From the IMG/VR virus record IMGVR_UViG_3300023179_000032, positions 1 through 64,000 of that record: a stretch of 64,000 bases of DNA. The stretch is one strand, 5' to 3'. Source of the DNA: a virus. This document shows, in pieces, positions 16,026 through 25,938 of the stretch. The notes under the pieces are model-generated. The model did not search any database. It had not been told where the DNA came from and saw nothing but the letters and a program-made list of their open reading frames with translations. The translations under genes and the position numbers were made by a program. Numbering within the stretch: the first letter of the stretch is position 1; each line of letters opens with the position of its first letter.

Positions 16026-17480
16026 TTAAATAAAAACTTTAACTTTATGTAATCTTTCAAATTCTTCTGCATCACTTACATCGTGTACTAGAGGTTGTCC
16101 TTTTATATTTAGACTAGTGTTTAATAAAATAGGACAGCCAGTTTTAAGAAACCATTTTTCTAAAAGTTGTCTTATTCTAGATCCATCATTAGGCACTGAT
16201 TGTACACGACTAGTTCCATCTTTATGTATGATAGCAGGAAACATATCAGGTTGTAAACACTTACTGGTATATTGCATAAATCTATGGTGTCTAGGTTTAC
16301 CAATAATATCAAAATATTGTTTAATATATTCTTCTAATATTATTGGGGCAAAGGGTCTAAACTCCTGTCTCTTTTTGATTTGATTTACTCTATCCTTAAC
16401 GTCCTTACCTCTAGGATCAGCCAATAAACTTCGGTTACCCAATGCTCTTGGCCCAAACTCTTCTCTTCCTTGGGCTAAGCCGCATATTTTGTGTTCAAAC
16501 AAATAATCTACCACGTCATCCAAGTTTGTTTTAGGTTCTATATTATATCCTAAGAAACAATCCGTAAAGTCAATGTGTTGTTGTGTATGTGCTAGCATAG
16601 CACCTAAACTACTGCCTGCGTCACCAGGATTAGGCATAATCCATACGTCATCAAAATGATTGAAAGCTAGGCTGTTAGCACTGCAATTCAATGCACACCC
16701 ACCCATCAACACTAGATTTTTGCTAGGCACCAAAGATTTAGCCTTAGTCAATACTATATCAAATATTTTTTCATAAACTTGTTGAGTTGCAGCAGCCACG
16801 TGGAAATAATCACTATCCTTTAACATAGGCATCCAATCTCTACAACCTCTATGTAGATTTTTTTTAAGTTTAAAACTTTCTAAGTCTTCAAAAAAATCTC
16901 TTATGATAGCTTTTTCAAAATAATCTTTATCGCCGTATGCAGCCATACCCATAAGTATATATTCTTCTTCATTTGCTTTGAGATCAATACGATCTGTCAT
17001 AGCACTGTACCATAGACCTATACTATCTGGATACTTCAAACTGAATTTTCTAGTTAGATTAGGTCCTTGGGCCTGCCAAATACTCATAGTTTCAAATTCA
17101 CCTATGGCATCTATAACAACCACACAGGCTTCATCAAACTTGCTGGTATAATATCCAGCGGCTGCATGGCTCAAGTGATGATTCATAGTTATGAATTTCG
17201 TTTTATGTAAAACTTTCTTAATCAAAGTTTTAGGATTATTATCATGTAATCCTTGACCTGCAAACAGTTGTCTTAAAGTTTTGAACCAATGATTCTCATG
17301 TAAAACTATGAGATCAGGATGACCATAGTCTAATGCATTTTTTATTAGTTTAACATCAAGTTCACTGTCATTTTTCTTCCCACTATATCTTTCACTATGG
17401 GCAGCAAAGATCAGTTGATTATCTTGAATAATAGCTAAAGAGCTATCATGATTTTTAGAATTAATACCCCAGATATTCAT
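16026..17480 (-). CDS. carbamoyltransferase (NodU/CmcH/TobZ family)
   Basis: ERYSGKK, HHLSHAA, DAIGE, MGMAAYG, GGCALNC, GDAGSSLG, EFGPRALGNRS, KKRQEFRPFAP, HKDGTSRVQ, LNTSLN. Confidence 0.95.
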   Translation of the reverse strand: MNIWGINSKNHDSSLAIIQDNQLIFAAHSERYSGKKNDSELDVKLIKNALDYGHPDLIVLHENHWFKTLRQLFAGQGLHDNNPKTLIKKVLHKTKFITMNHHLSHAAAGYYTSKFDEACVVVIDAIGEFETMSIWQAQGPNLTRKFSLKYPDSIGLWYSAMTDRIDLKANEEEYILMGMAAYGDKDYFEKAIIRDFFEDLESFKLKKNLHRGCRDWMPMLKDSDYFHVAAATQQVYEKIFDIVLTKAKSLVPSKNLVLMGGCALNCSANSLAFNHFDDVWIMPNPGDAGSSLGAMLAHTQQHIDFTDCFLGYNIEPKTNLDDVVDYLFEHKICGLAQGREEFGPRALGNRSLLADPRGKDVKDRVNQIKKRQEFRPFAPIILEEYIKQYFDIIGKPRHHRFMQYTSKCLQPDMFPAIIHKDGTSRVQSVPNDGSRIRQLLEKWFLKTGCPILLNTSLNIKGQPLVHDVSDAEEFERLHKVKVFI

Positions 17481-17602
17481 TTGTAGATAAAAGGATCTCT
17501 TTTACGTAGTTCTTCAATTCTTGCTTTAATTCTTTTATTTTCTTTATATCTATAGTAAGGATATAAAAGATAGTTTTTGATTCGTCTAAGTATGTTCAAC
17601 AT
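17477..17602 (-). CDS. 41-aa basic peptide ending RKRDPFIYK
   Basis: Not in track; MLNILRRIKNYLLYPYYRYKENKRIKARIEELRKRDPFIYK; ATGA-coupled to carbamoyltransferase. Confidence 0.7.
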   Translation of the reverse strand: MLNILRRIKNYLLYPYYRYKENKRIKARIEELRKRDPFIYK

Positions 17603-18557
17603 TTATCCATTCCTTTTGTAAAAGGTTTATTTTTATTTCGGAGCTATGTGTATTGTGTCTAATATTTAATAATGTATTAACTTTACCATTTTTTATAACA
17701 GCATCATTAATATCTTTGATACCGTCTTCCCATTGAGGAAAGCTCACGTTCCATTTATTATTAATAGCACACTGTATAAGTTTAGTTCCTGCATGATCTC
17801 TATCTGGAACTACTATAACTTCTTTACCTAACTGTTTAATAAGTAAACTTTGAGTTTCGTTGATTTCATTATTCATCACAGCTACGCCACCAATACTAAT
17901 GGCATCTATTTGACCTTCACACACTATAACAAATCTTCTATCTATATTTTGATTATCAAGATTAAAAACATATCCAGGTTGTTGATCTGCTAGGTATTTG
18001 GGTTTACCTTGATCTATTCTTCTACACGTATATCCTACGGTCAATCCTCTGTAATAATAAGGTATAATTAAACGTTTATCAAATCCTTGTTCATCACTCC
18101 AGTGAAAATCATAGTCATCCAAGGTTAACCCTCTAGAATAAATGTATTCTATCACTGCTAAAAGTTTTTCGCTAGGATTATCCAATAGGTCCAATATAGG
18201 TTTACTACCTCTAGGTAAAGTTTTAGGAATAAACTTTGGTATAACTGTTTCTGTTTTGTTTACTTCAACATCCTTATGTTTAAGAGCCTCCATGGACATT
18301 TTAATGATAGATTCATCTGGTATGTTTAGGAGATTGAACAGCTTTTTTAGTTTTATACTAACAGTTCTACCTGGTTGCCAACTAGCCTTGAATCCACAGT
18401 TGAAACAATGATAACTTACTGCTTCTCCGTCGAAAATCAATCCACCTCTATTTCTTTTATCATCACAACACACAGCGTTAAAACTTAACCATCCACTGGG
18501 TGTTTGACGTCTACGAAAAGGTAGATGATCTAGGATAGTTTCTTTTATCAAGCTCAT
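17586..18557 (-). CDS. DNA primase (Zn-binding plus TOPRIM)
   Basis: CC...HCFNC Zn site; VCEGQIDA and VPDRDHAG TOPRIM motifs. Confidence 0.9.
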   Translation of the reverse strand: MSLIKETILDHLPFRRRQTPSGWLSFNAVCCDDKRNRGGLIFDGEAVSYHCFNCGFKASWQPGRTVSIKLKKLFNLLNIPDESIIKMSMEALKHKDVEVNKTETVIPKFIPKTLPRGSKPILDLLDNPSEKLLAVIEYIYSRGLTLDDYDFHWSDEQGFDKRLIIPYYYRGLTVGYTCRRIDQGKPKYLADQQPGYVFNLDNQNIDRRFVIVCEGQIDAISIGGVAVMNNEINETQSLLIKQLGKEVIVVPDRDHAGTKLIQCAINNKWNVSFPQWEDGIKDINDAVIKNGKVNTLLNIRHNTHSSEIKINLLQKEWINVEHT

Positions 18558-18562
18558 CCCTT

Positions 18563-18591
18563 ATTTTAGTTATTAACTTTTAAGTAGTCAA
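18563..18591 (-). promoter_or_regulatory. sigma70-type promoter 5 nt before primase ATG
   Basis: Minus strand TTGACT-17-TAAAAT-AAGGG-ATG. Confidence 0.7.
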
Positions 18592-19378
18592 TATTTCCGG
18601 CAGATTTTGTGAATCTTATTCTAATGTAAGTAAGATCCTCTACATTTAGGTTGGGTATGATCAAAGGTCCAGTTTGATTGGTTGGCACTATCAAACTATT
18701 CAATATTTTAGGATTCAAAAATGCTTCATTGCCTGTGACTTCATTTTTAGTACCTTGAACTTCAATCTCACCTTTAAAGTTATCCAAATATAAGGTAAGA
18801 CTCATTAGAGTAACCAGTTGAGCCTTATAGGTTTGTATAGGTATAGCTTCACTATAGAAGTTTATTTTCCTATCTTCATAACGAGCAGCAGTATAGTTGG
18901 TCTCTTTAGTAAATCTATCATATTTCACTGTAACTGTGGTATCTGTATTCATTCCGTTAAGTAGCTCTATTGTTCCTATGGCCCCAAAATGGCTATCAGT
19001 GTAAGTTAAAGTATTTTCTGAAGTTTGTCTATAAACTAAAAATCTTAAGTATTGCGGACTAAAATCTTCTAAATCAAAAGCTGGTATTCTTACTTTAGCC
19101 AAACCTTTGATAGTGCTGTCTTCCAAGCTATCAGCAGTATATGTGGCTATTTGATTACGTGATTGATCCATTAAAACTAGTTTTAACTCTGCTGTACCTA
19201 TTTCTACACGTTTCTGATCTAGATTTTTAAGTTCTAGTTCTATTATATTATCTATACCTTTATATATTTTGATATTGCGTTGATACACTATTTTCCACTC
19301 CGTATTAGCAGAATCATCTTCCAAATTGATTATCATTGTGATACGATTTGGATATAAATAAACTGGAATTTTAATCAT
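18566..19378 (-). CDS. hypothetical beta-rich protein (probably late/structural)
   Basis: ORF track; preceded by TATAAATA. Confidence 0.7.
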   Translation of the reverse strand: MIKIPVYLYPNRITMIINLEDDSANTEWKIVYQRNIKIYKGIDNIIELELKNLDQKRVEIGTAELKLVLMDQSRNQIATYTADSLEDSTIKGLAKVRIPAFDLEDFSPQYLRFLVYRQTSENTLTYTDSHFGAIGTIELLNGMNTDTTVTVKYDRFTKETNYTAARYEDRKINFYSEAIPIQTYKAQLVTLMSLTLYLDNFKGEIEVQGTKNEVTGNEAFLNPKILNSLIVPTNQTGPLIIPNLNVEDLTYIRIRFTKSAGNIDYLKVNN

Positions 19379-19393
19379 TTGGGTCCCTAATAC

Positions 19394-19401
19394 TATTTAT
19401 A
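19394..19401 (-). promoter_or_regulatory. T4-type late promoter TATAAATA
   Basis: Exact T4 late consensus upstream of 19378 gene. Confidence 0.7.
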
Positions 19402-19775
19402 TGGCTAAAAAGCTAAAAGACACTACAAAAGAGCAACTACCCTTTATCAGCGTCTTAAACTACGGTGAGCAGGAGTATGTTGGTATAATAATCAATCAAG
19501 ATCAGTTTGTCACCACATTCTACGATATAGACGCAATTAAAACTGCCGAAGAAAAGAATCAGTTTTTATTAATGGGAGAAACTTGGTGGTGGGAAAGTAA
19601 TAGACAAATTCCCATTAATATATTTTTAAAAAATGAAATTGAAAATTTTAAATATTGTATAAAAACTTTCAATAGTAAGGGAGTTAGAATAGTTTTTGGG
19701 CCCACAGTAAATATATTGAACATGAGTCTAAAACGAGCTAAAAGACGTAGTGTAGAACTTGTTCGTAAAGTCTAA
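19401..19775 (+). CDS. hypothetical protein
   Basis: ORF track; GETWWWESNRQIPINIFL motif. Confidence 0.75.
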   Translation: MAKKLKDTTKEQLPFISVLNYGEQEYVGIIINQDQFVTTFYDIDAIKTAEEKNQFLLMGETWWWESNRQIPINIFLKNEIENFKYCIKTFNSKGVRIVFGPTVNILNMSLKRAKRRSVELVRKV

Positions 19776-20350
19776 CTGTAATCGTAACTAATACTTTCGC
19801 AAATCAAATTCATCTGCACAACCACAGCCATAGCATAGGCTACGGCATGTGATTTCTTAAAATAATACTCGTCATTCTCTGGTTTCGTCCAAACTTCCAT
19901 CAAGATCTCGGGCCAAGATTTTCCTATTAAGTGCCTCTTCGATGGTCGGATCATAGCTAGGACGGCAGCTAATTGTTCCACGGAAGTAGGTTGGGTCTTC
20001 TTCAGAATAGTCCCATGCCCGTTCAAATGAAATAGTAGATCCGTAAACTCGTCTTGTAGTAATAGTTCCCATATTGGTTCTGTCTCCATCAATTTAATCA
20101 AATGATCTTCGTTTCTTACACCTTTATAAACATTTACGTTAAGAAAATCTATTTTAAAGTAACCCCTTGATTCTGCATCTTTGTAATCAATTCCTGCTAG
20201 ATTAGTTACAGGATCGTGAGGTATGTATTGTGTGTAAACACCTGTGTTATGTGTTGTAGGTCCGTTAGGAGTCATTCTCATAGCTGAGATATGATCAATA
20301 ACTTCTAATATTTTACTTCGATCAGTAAAATCAATATCAATATCAGGCAT
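19772..20350 (-). CDS. miniature DNA polymerase III alpha (DnaE)-like protein
   Basis: PDIDIDF, HNTGV, FKIDFL, LAMIRP, YYFKKSHAVAY in DnaE order within 192 aa. Confidence 0.85.
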   Translation of the reverse strand: MPDIDIDFTDRSKILEVIDHISAMRMTPNGPTTHNTGVYTQYIPHDPVTNLAGIDYKDAESRGYFKIDFLNVNVYKGVRNEDHLIKLMETEPIWELLLQDEFTDLLFHLNGHGTILKKTQPTSVEQLAAVLAMIRPSKRHLIGKSWPEILMEVWTKPENDEYYFKKSHAVAYAMAVVVQMNLICESISYDYS

Positions 20351-20526
20351 CAGTGTTTAACTTCACTATTGAATAACATCAAAGGTAAATGTCCAGCCAA
20401 ATATTCACCGTAAGCATTTGCATCTTCCAAATTGTCAAACCCAGTAATTTTTACGAATACAGCATTATCTTCTTCACTTAGGATCACTTCCAACCCTAAT
20501 TCAATTTCTCTTTGTTCAGTACTCAT
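20350..20526 (-). CDS. hypothetical acidic protein (58 aa)
   Basis: Not in track; MSTEQREIELGLEVILSEEDNAVFVKITGF...; overlap-coupled on both sides. Confidence 0.65.
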   Translation of the reverse strand: MSTEQREIELGLEVILSEEDNAVFVKITGFDNLEDANAYGEYLAGHLPLMLFNSEVKH

Positions 20527-21203
20527 ATGCCGCTTTCCTTTATAACCTGTCGCACTAATTCAATATCTTCTGGGCTTACTTTAAATCTTTTAATCCAAAA
20601 TTGAGGATCTATTACAGGAGATATACCTGCAAGTTGCTCATCATTTAATGAGCCTAATAATGCTTTCCCATTACTACTATTTAATAATATCCAAGGACTA
20701 ATTTTTCCATCTTTAATATCAAAAGTTGCTCTATTAGGGCTTACATATAAGAAATAATGATTCCATACACTAGAATGATTATCTGCCCATTCCATCATAG
20801 TGGCTATGCTTCTTTGTAGAGCAGTTTCGACATTTTCACTTTTAATTAGTTGTAAAACATAAGTTTCATAAAGTTTATCTTGACACCAATGATCAATTTT
20901 TACCCCACTGGTAACTACATAATCTACAAAATAATCTGGATATAATGGGTTAACATTATGTACAAAACTGCCAAATTTTACAAAAGCGTTATAGTACTGA
21001 CTTTTGGCAAATTCTTCATAAGTTTTTTGTACATCAACTTTTTGTGTCAGTTTATAAAAACGATTAAAAGCCAAAAAGCCCATTTGTACGTGTTTTTCAG
21101 GTCTTGCCAAATGACGTCTTTTTTGTTCACACATATGCACCATCAAAGTACGTTCTTTTGAGAACATACTGTGACAGTGTTCACAAACGAATGCCTTACC
21201 CAT
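20523..21203 (-). CDS. hypothetical protein with N-terminal C2H2-like zinc finger
   Basis: CEHC-x12-HMCEQKRRH. Confidence 0.7.
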   Translation of the reverse strand: MGKAFVCEHCHSMFSKERTLMVHMCEQKRRHLARPEKHVQMGFLAFNRFYKLTQKVDVQKTYEEFAKSQYYNAFVKFGSFVHNVNPLYPDYFVDYVVTSGVKIDHWCQDKLYETYVLQLIKSENVETALQRSIATMMEWADNHSSVWNHYFLYVSPNRATFDIKDGKISPWILLNSSNGKALLGSLNDEQLAGISPVIDPQFWIKRFKVSPEDIELVRQVIKESGI

Positions 21204-21694
21204 TAGATATATTGCCCAATTTCTTTTTCAGTCATACCGTAACTTCTTCCTAAATCTTTTAACTCCTTATCTGTATTGATTTCAGCTAATACTTCCAAGT
21301 CTACAAGTTTTCTATTAGGAAAAAGCATTTTTAAAAAATTTATTCTTTTATTATCATTTCTTTGTAACTTTATATATTCATGAAATATAACTTCTCTATC
21401 TTCGTGACTACATTGACACAATAGTAACCAAAGTAGTTTAGGATGTTTGCTAATAGCAAAATAATGTTTGTTATAATATTCGTTCACAGCCAATACATAA
21501 TGTTCTTGTATTTCTCTTTTACTAAATGCTCCAGCACTGCTAATATATCTATTCAATGTGAAAAAATTGACACAATCTTTTTCTTGATCATTAAGTTGAT
21601 CCCAAACTTCACTGGCTTTTAGATCAATGGCACCTAATATTTCTTTCAATGCCAGTGCAGGAGGATTTTTTTCTTTAGTTTGTTTCTTGGCCAT
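21203..21694 (-). CDS. probable clamp-loader small subunit (gp62-like)
   Basis: FFTLNRYIS...VNEY...HPKLLWLLL...YIK pattern recalls T4-like gp62; replication context. Confidence 0.45.
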   Translation of the reverse strand: MAKKQTKEKNPPALALKEILGAIDLKASEVWDQLNDQEKDCVNFFTLNRYISSAGAFSKREIQEHYVLAVNEYYNKHYFAISKHPKLLWLLLCQCSHEDREVIFHEYIKLQRNDNKRINFLKMLFPNRKLVDLEVLAEINTDKELKDLGRSYGMTEKEIGQYI

Positions 21695-21908
21695 TTTCTT
21701 TGCTTAGTCTATAGATCATTATAACACGTTCTACGGCTCTTTGTAAAGCAGGGTTGGAATCTTTTTTATACCATATTTCATTCCATTCTAATTGATTTCT
21801 CCTATCTATAGCATATTGATCCATACTGACAAGAGCTCTTTCGGTGCTATTAGGTTTCCTTACAAATACAGTATGACCACCATCTGGACTTTCAAAAATG
21901 TTTGTCAT
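21675..21908 (-). CDS. hypothetical protein
   Basis: ORF track; IFESPDGG.TVF motif; overlap-coupled. Confidence 0.7.
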   Translation of the reverse strand: MTNIFESPDGGHTVFVRKPNSTERALVSMDQYAIDRRNQLEWNEIWYKKDSNPALQRAVERVIMIYRLSKENGQETN

Positions 21909-22411
21909 AGTAGTCTACTGATATCAATCAATTCGCTTTGTCTACTGACTTCTTTTACAAAAAAGGCACAATTTGGTTTTTCATCAAATCCCAAGGGTGT
22001 TACAAGTAAATGGTTATTTCGCATCTTAGGAAAATACCATTTTACATCATTATAAAAATTTACAATTTCAATTGGTTTGTATTCAATTTTAAAACTACTC
22101 AAAGGGTTAAAAATTACTGCATCAAATCCACGATCATTTAAACTGGTTAAGGGCAGAATTTCAGCATCTACATTGCTGGTTCCGTCGCCTACTACTATGC
22201 TCCAATCTATGGGCATACTGATCTCTTGATCTCCGATTTTCAATACAATAGCAGGGCTATTAAAGCTTTCTAAAAAGATTAATGGTACAAAGAAAAAATC
22301 TGGGTTCTTTGGATCACTGTTATCTAATACGGCAAATCTTGTATTGTCATCAACTTCATCAGGTAAATTGTTTAATGAGAATAATTTATTTTCTAAGGTT
22401 AATATTTGCAT
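21905..22411 (-). CDS. hypothetical protein
   Basis: ORF track; operon position. Confidence 0.75.
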   Translation of the reverse strand: MQILTLENKLFSLNNLPDEVDDNTRFAVLDNSDPKNPDFFFVPLIFLESFNSPAIVLKIGDQEISMPIDWSIVVGDGTSNVDAEILPLTSLNDRGFDAVIFNPLSSFKIEYKPIEIVNFYNDVKWYFPKMRNNHLLVTPLGFDEKPNCAFFVKEVSRQSELIDISRLL

Positions 22412-22412
22412 G

Positions 22413-23882
22413 TTATTGCCAATCCACTTTTTCCATACTGAATGGATATTTGGCCTCCTTGTAGTATTTTTTGCGTTCTGTTAAATGGCGTTTCGCGAAC
22501 TTACAACTGCTGGTTATGTCGTAGATTTCAACATGGTCTTTGTCTTCGGCTTTACGGATACCCCTGCCAATCGATTGTATAACACGTACAAAGGACTTGC
22601 CAGGCTCAATAAGAACCAAATTAAAAATGCGAGGAATATTGATCCCAACTGCCGCCACACCGTAGGTTGCGATGATAATTTTATTTTGTGACGTTGCCAC
22701 TTCGTCATATTCTTCTTTCCTATCTTTTGTCTTTACATTGCCTGATATGAATACACTGCCTTCGATTTCATTTACTAAAAATTTGCCTGTGTCAATTCTA
22801 TTTACTAATACTAGGGTGTTTCCTTTTTCTGATATTTTCTTTACTAGTTTACTAACATAAATCATTCTGTTCTCATCTGTAACCAAATACTTTAATTCTT
22901 CTGCATAATTCTTAAATTCTGGTAAATCAATTAATTGTACAATGTTTACATGGCAATTACTGAGTACACCACGCTCTTGTAGATCACTGGCCTGTATGCC
23001 ACCAACGACAGGTCCAATACTAGCAAATATCTGTTCTGCTTCGTGTGCGTGTTTAGGTATTGTACCAGTTAAACCCCAACGAATACAGGCATTGTTTAAG
23101 TTGCGTGTGAGTAAATTCTTTAAAACTTCAGCTTTGGCCATATGAACTTCATCGACAATTACAGCCTTTACGCCATCTAAAAACTCAGCCAAAGTATATT
23201 GTTCATCAGCGGACTCCTTACTCTTTTTATCCAATATGTTTAAACTTTGCCAAGTGCAGATAGTATGAGTACAATTTAAATCTTTTTTATCACCATAATA
23301 TACTCCGACATCTAAACCTACATTAGCGTAATCTTCTAGTGTTTGTTCTACTAGACTTTTATTTGGAACTATAACTATAGTTCTGCCATATTTTTCACAT
23401 AATTGACTTAGTGTAGCTGTAGTAATAGTTTTTCCAGCACCAGTAGCGATCTCTTGTAGGCTTTGATGATTAGTTAGAAAAGTGTTGATTGCAGCAACCT
23501 GATAATCTCTCAGCATAATGGGTTTGCCTTCATTAATATGACCTTCAGGCCATACTTTACCCTGATCAGCCCAATAACTTTCTGTAATAGGCTCAAATTC
23601 AATTTTACTGCTAGTCCTACGGTCATCTATATCACTTACTTCAATATTCAAATCATTTAATATTTCAAGTATACGTTCAATATGATTCAAATATCCACTA
23701 CCACCAATACCAAATAGGCTAGTTGATCCATCCCAACGTCCCAATTTATAACTTGGACGAAATCTAGCTGTAGGATCTATGTATTTGAAAGTATTTGCCA
23801 ATTTTCGTCGTGCTTCTATTGGCAATCCTTCTAATTTGATGTTTACTTCATCTTTAATTACTAGTTTACAGGATTTCATCAT
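22413..23882 (-). CDS. uvsW: SF2 DNA helicase (UvsW-like)
   Basis: LRDYQ, ATGAGKT, VDEVH, GLTGT, GINIPR, IQSIGRGIR. Confidence 0.9.
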   Translation of the reverse strand: MMKSCKLVIKDEVNIKLEGLPIEARRKLANTFKYIDPTARFRPSYKLGRWDGSTSLFGIGGSGYLNHIERILEILNDLNIEVSDIDDRRTSSKIEFEPITESYWADQGKVWPEGHINEGKPIMLRDYQVAAINTFLTNHQSLQEIATGAGKTITTATLSQLCEKYGRTIVIVPNKSLVEQTLEDYANVGLDVGVYYGDKKDLNCTHTICTWQSLNILDKKSKESADEQYTLAEFLDGVKAVIVDEVHMAKAEVLKNLLTRNLNNACIRWGLTGTIPKHAHEAEQIFASIGPVVGGIQASDLQERGVLSNCHVNIVQLIDLPEFKNYAEELKYLVTDENRMIYVSKLVKKISEKGNTLVLVNRIDTGKFLVNEIEGSVFISGNVKTKDRKEEYDEVATSQNKIIIATYGVAAVGINIPRIFNLVLIEPGKSFVRVIQSIGRGIRKAEDKDHVEIYDITSSCKFAKRHLTERKKYYKEAKYPFSMEKVDWQ

Positions 23883-25047
23883 AATAACTTATTAACGGTT
23901 TAGTAGTTGTATAGTATATGACAAGATCACAGTTATTGCAATATACATCTGTTCGATTATTTCTTAGATTATTTGTGAAACTTATAACGGCATCTGGATA
24001 CCAATCATTTTTTAATAAAAATTTAGGTAAGGTACCATTAGAAAGTCCTACAATTTGTGTGTTAGGTTCTAGTTGTTTATTGAATTTGTATTCAGCAACA
24101 AGTTTATTGAAATTTATACCTTCTGTTTTGTTATCAAAACGAAAATATATTCCAATATTTGAAATATTATTGTCATCCACTAGGTTTTTCACTAATTTTA
24201 AATTAGTGATACATTCATTTATGCTATATGTGTCAAAAAATACTAAGATTTTTTTCCTTTCTAATCTGTTTAAACTTTGAACAAGACTACTTAAATTATA
24301 GTCAAATTGATTAATAAAAATTTTATGATCTTTTCTATTAGCAATTTTATAACTTAATGTTTTTTGTTCATCTTCACTAAAATTATGAGTAAAATTGTAT
24401 TGATACTGAATTTTTCTATCTAGTATCAATAATGGATCATGGTTGATAGTAGGTGATTCTGTATTTTTTAATTTTAAATCATAAAAATTTTGAAACTCAA
24501 ATTCTTCGATAATTTTAGATTTGTTGAACTGAACAATTTTTTTGTGTAAATCTAAAAATTCTGAAGAAAAATGAAATTTCAATGGTTTTAGATTATTATA
24601 AATTTCTACTATGTTTTTTTCTAACAACAGATGACATAGTTCATTTGTAGTATTTACGAATCCACTGGAATTAATATTCTTATTGATTACTCCAAGTGCC
24701 TTTTTCACATCTTTGTCAAAGGTATATTTGATTTTGATCCTAGAAACCCCATCATCTTCTTGAAATATGCTAACCTCTCTAATTTTTAGAATTTTTCTAA
24801 ATTCCTTTCCCCAAAGTGGAACATTTAGGACATATTCTAATTCAGGCAATGTTAATTGCAATACTTTTGAATTTTCAGATAAAATCTTTATTAACAACTT
24901 TCCCTGATTTTCTGTAATGTAGGATGGTCTTTTTAGCAATTCTGTGATATTTTTCATTATTTTTATATCACGTGCCGGTATGAACCAATTTAAGTTTTCA
25001 TATCCTTGATTTTCTAAATTAAGCATTAGGCTATCAACTGTTTTCAT
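23866..25047 (-). CDS. hypothetical protein
   Basis: 393-aa ORF; own promoter; no catalytic motif recognised. Confidence 0.75.
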   Translation of the reverse strand: MKTVDSLMLNLENQGYENLNWFIPARDIKIMKNITELLKRPSYITENQGKLLIKILSENSKVLQLTLPELEYVLNVPLWGKEFRKILKIREVSIFQEDDGVSRIKIKYTFDKDVKKALGVINKNINSSGFVNTTNELCHLLLEKNIVEIYNNLKPLKFHFSSEFLDLHKKIVQFNKSKIIEEFEFQNFYDLKLKNTESPTINHDPLLILDRKIQYQYNFTHNFSEDEQKTLSYKIANRKDHKIFINQFDYNLSSLVQSLNRLERKKILVFFDTYSINECITNLKLVKNLVDDNNISNIGIYFRFDNKTEGINFNKLVAEYKFNKQLEPNTQIVGLSNGTLPKFLLKNDWYPDAVISFTNNLRNNRTDVYCNNCDLVIYYTTTKPLISYYDEIL

Positions 25048-25052
25048 AGCGT

Positions 25053-25081
25053 ATTATAGTTTTTTAGTACTAAGAAGTCAA
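25053..25081 (-). promoter_or_regulatory. sigma70-type promoter 5 nt before ATG 25047
   Basis: Minus strand TTGACT-17-TATAAT-ACGCT-ATG. Confidence 0.75.
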
Positions 25082-25921
25082 GCTCAAATGTTCAATCAAC
25101 CTTTGTATTGGCAATCCATCCTCTATTTCTTCAACTAACCACTCTGTGTGTAATATCCTTTTAAACCATTCACCTCTATCTGGAAATTTTAGTTGATTCA
25201 AGTCTGTGTAATTTATGGAAACATCACTGGCCAAACTAGAACTATCACAAATCACAGGAATTCCATTTAAAGCACCCCATATACCTACACCACTATTATA
25301 GTTAATTACTGCCTTATACTTAGCATTAAGATCGTATTGATCATAACTACCAATAATTTTTTTCGGATGTTCTAAAAGTGTATTCGGTCCGAAATTTTCA
25401 ATAAAAAAATTTCTTGGATGTGGTCTAATATGAATTAGATCCGATGAAAATTGTCTAACATGACGTATTGATTCTCTAGTCCATTCAATTATATCTAAAC
25501 TAGCAGTCCATTGCAAACTTTGGTCGTGTTGCCCAGCTATTAAAATGGGCAGATGATTAATATTTGATACAGTACCTAATTTTAAACCTAATTTTTTATC
25601 TCTATCTAAAATAAAATTAGACTGATTTGCATACGTGCCATTTTTAGTGATATTATTTAGGCAAATTTTCCAAGTTTTTCCTCTGATTAAACTGCCAACT
25701 TCACATATGAATACAGGTTTGTTTAAATTTCTATAATGTTGATATATTTGTTGGTTAGCTGCCAGTCTACCTCGCCAAAGTACACTCCAAATTAGTAAAC
25801 AGTCAGCATCTAATGAATTTTCAATAGGCTCCATACCGTATTTTTTACAACTTATTAGGAAATTTTTCCAGACTGGTTCACTCTGTAGTGCCATCTGTTT
25901 TGGAAAGTATGAAATTTTCAT
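25070..25921 (-). CDS. KpsS/KpsC-like (capsule-synthesis type) GT-B glycosyltransferase
   Basis: ILIAGQHDQSL, IRPHPR, VINYNSGVGIWGALNGIPV. Confidence 0.65.
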   Translation of the reverse strand: MKISYFPKQMALQSEPVWKNFLISCKKYGMEPIENSLDADCLLIWSVLWRGRLAANQQIYQHYRNLNKPVFICEVGSLIRGKTWKICLNNITKNGTYANQSNFILDRDKKLGLKLGTVSNINHLPILIAGQHDQSLQWTASLDIIEWTRESIRHVRQFSSDLIHIRPHPRNFFIENFGPNTLLEHPKKIIGSYDQYDLNAKYKAVINYNSGVGIWGALNGIPVICDSSSLASDVSINYTDLNQLKFPDRGEWFKRILHTEWLVEEIEDGLPIQRLIEHLSLTS

Positions 25922-25925
25922 ATAG

Positions 25926-25935
25926 TAAATATTTA
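25926..25935. promoter_or_regulatory. back-to-back late promoter TAAATATTTA
   Basis: Palindrome giving TAAATA on both strands between divergent ATGs at 25921 and 25939. Confidence 0.6.
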
Positions 25936-25938
25936 ACT

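Noticed and set aside
14602-23882. Inteins, introns or homing endonucleases in helicase, primase or UvsW
   Set aside because: Proteins are normal length with contiguous motifs; no HINT, LAGLIDADG, HNH or GIY-YIG motifs seen
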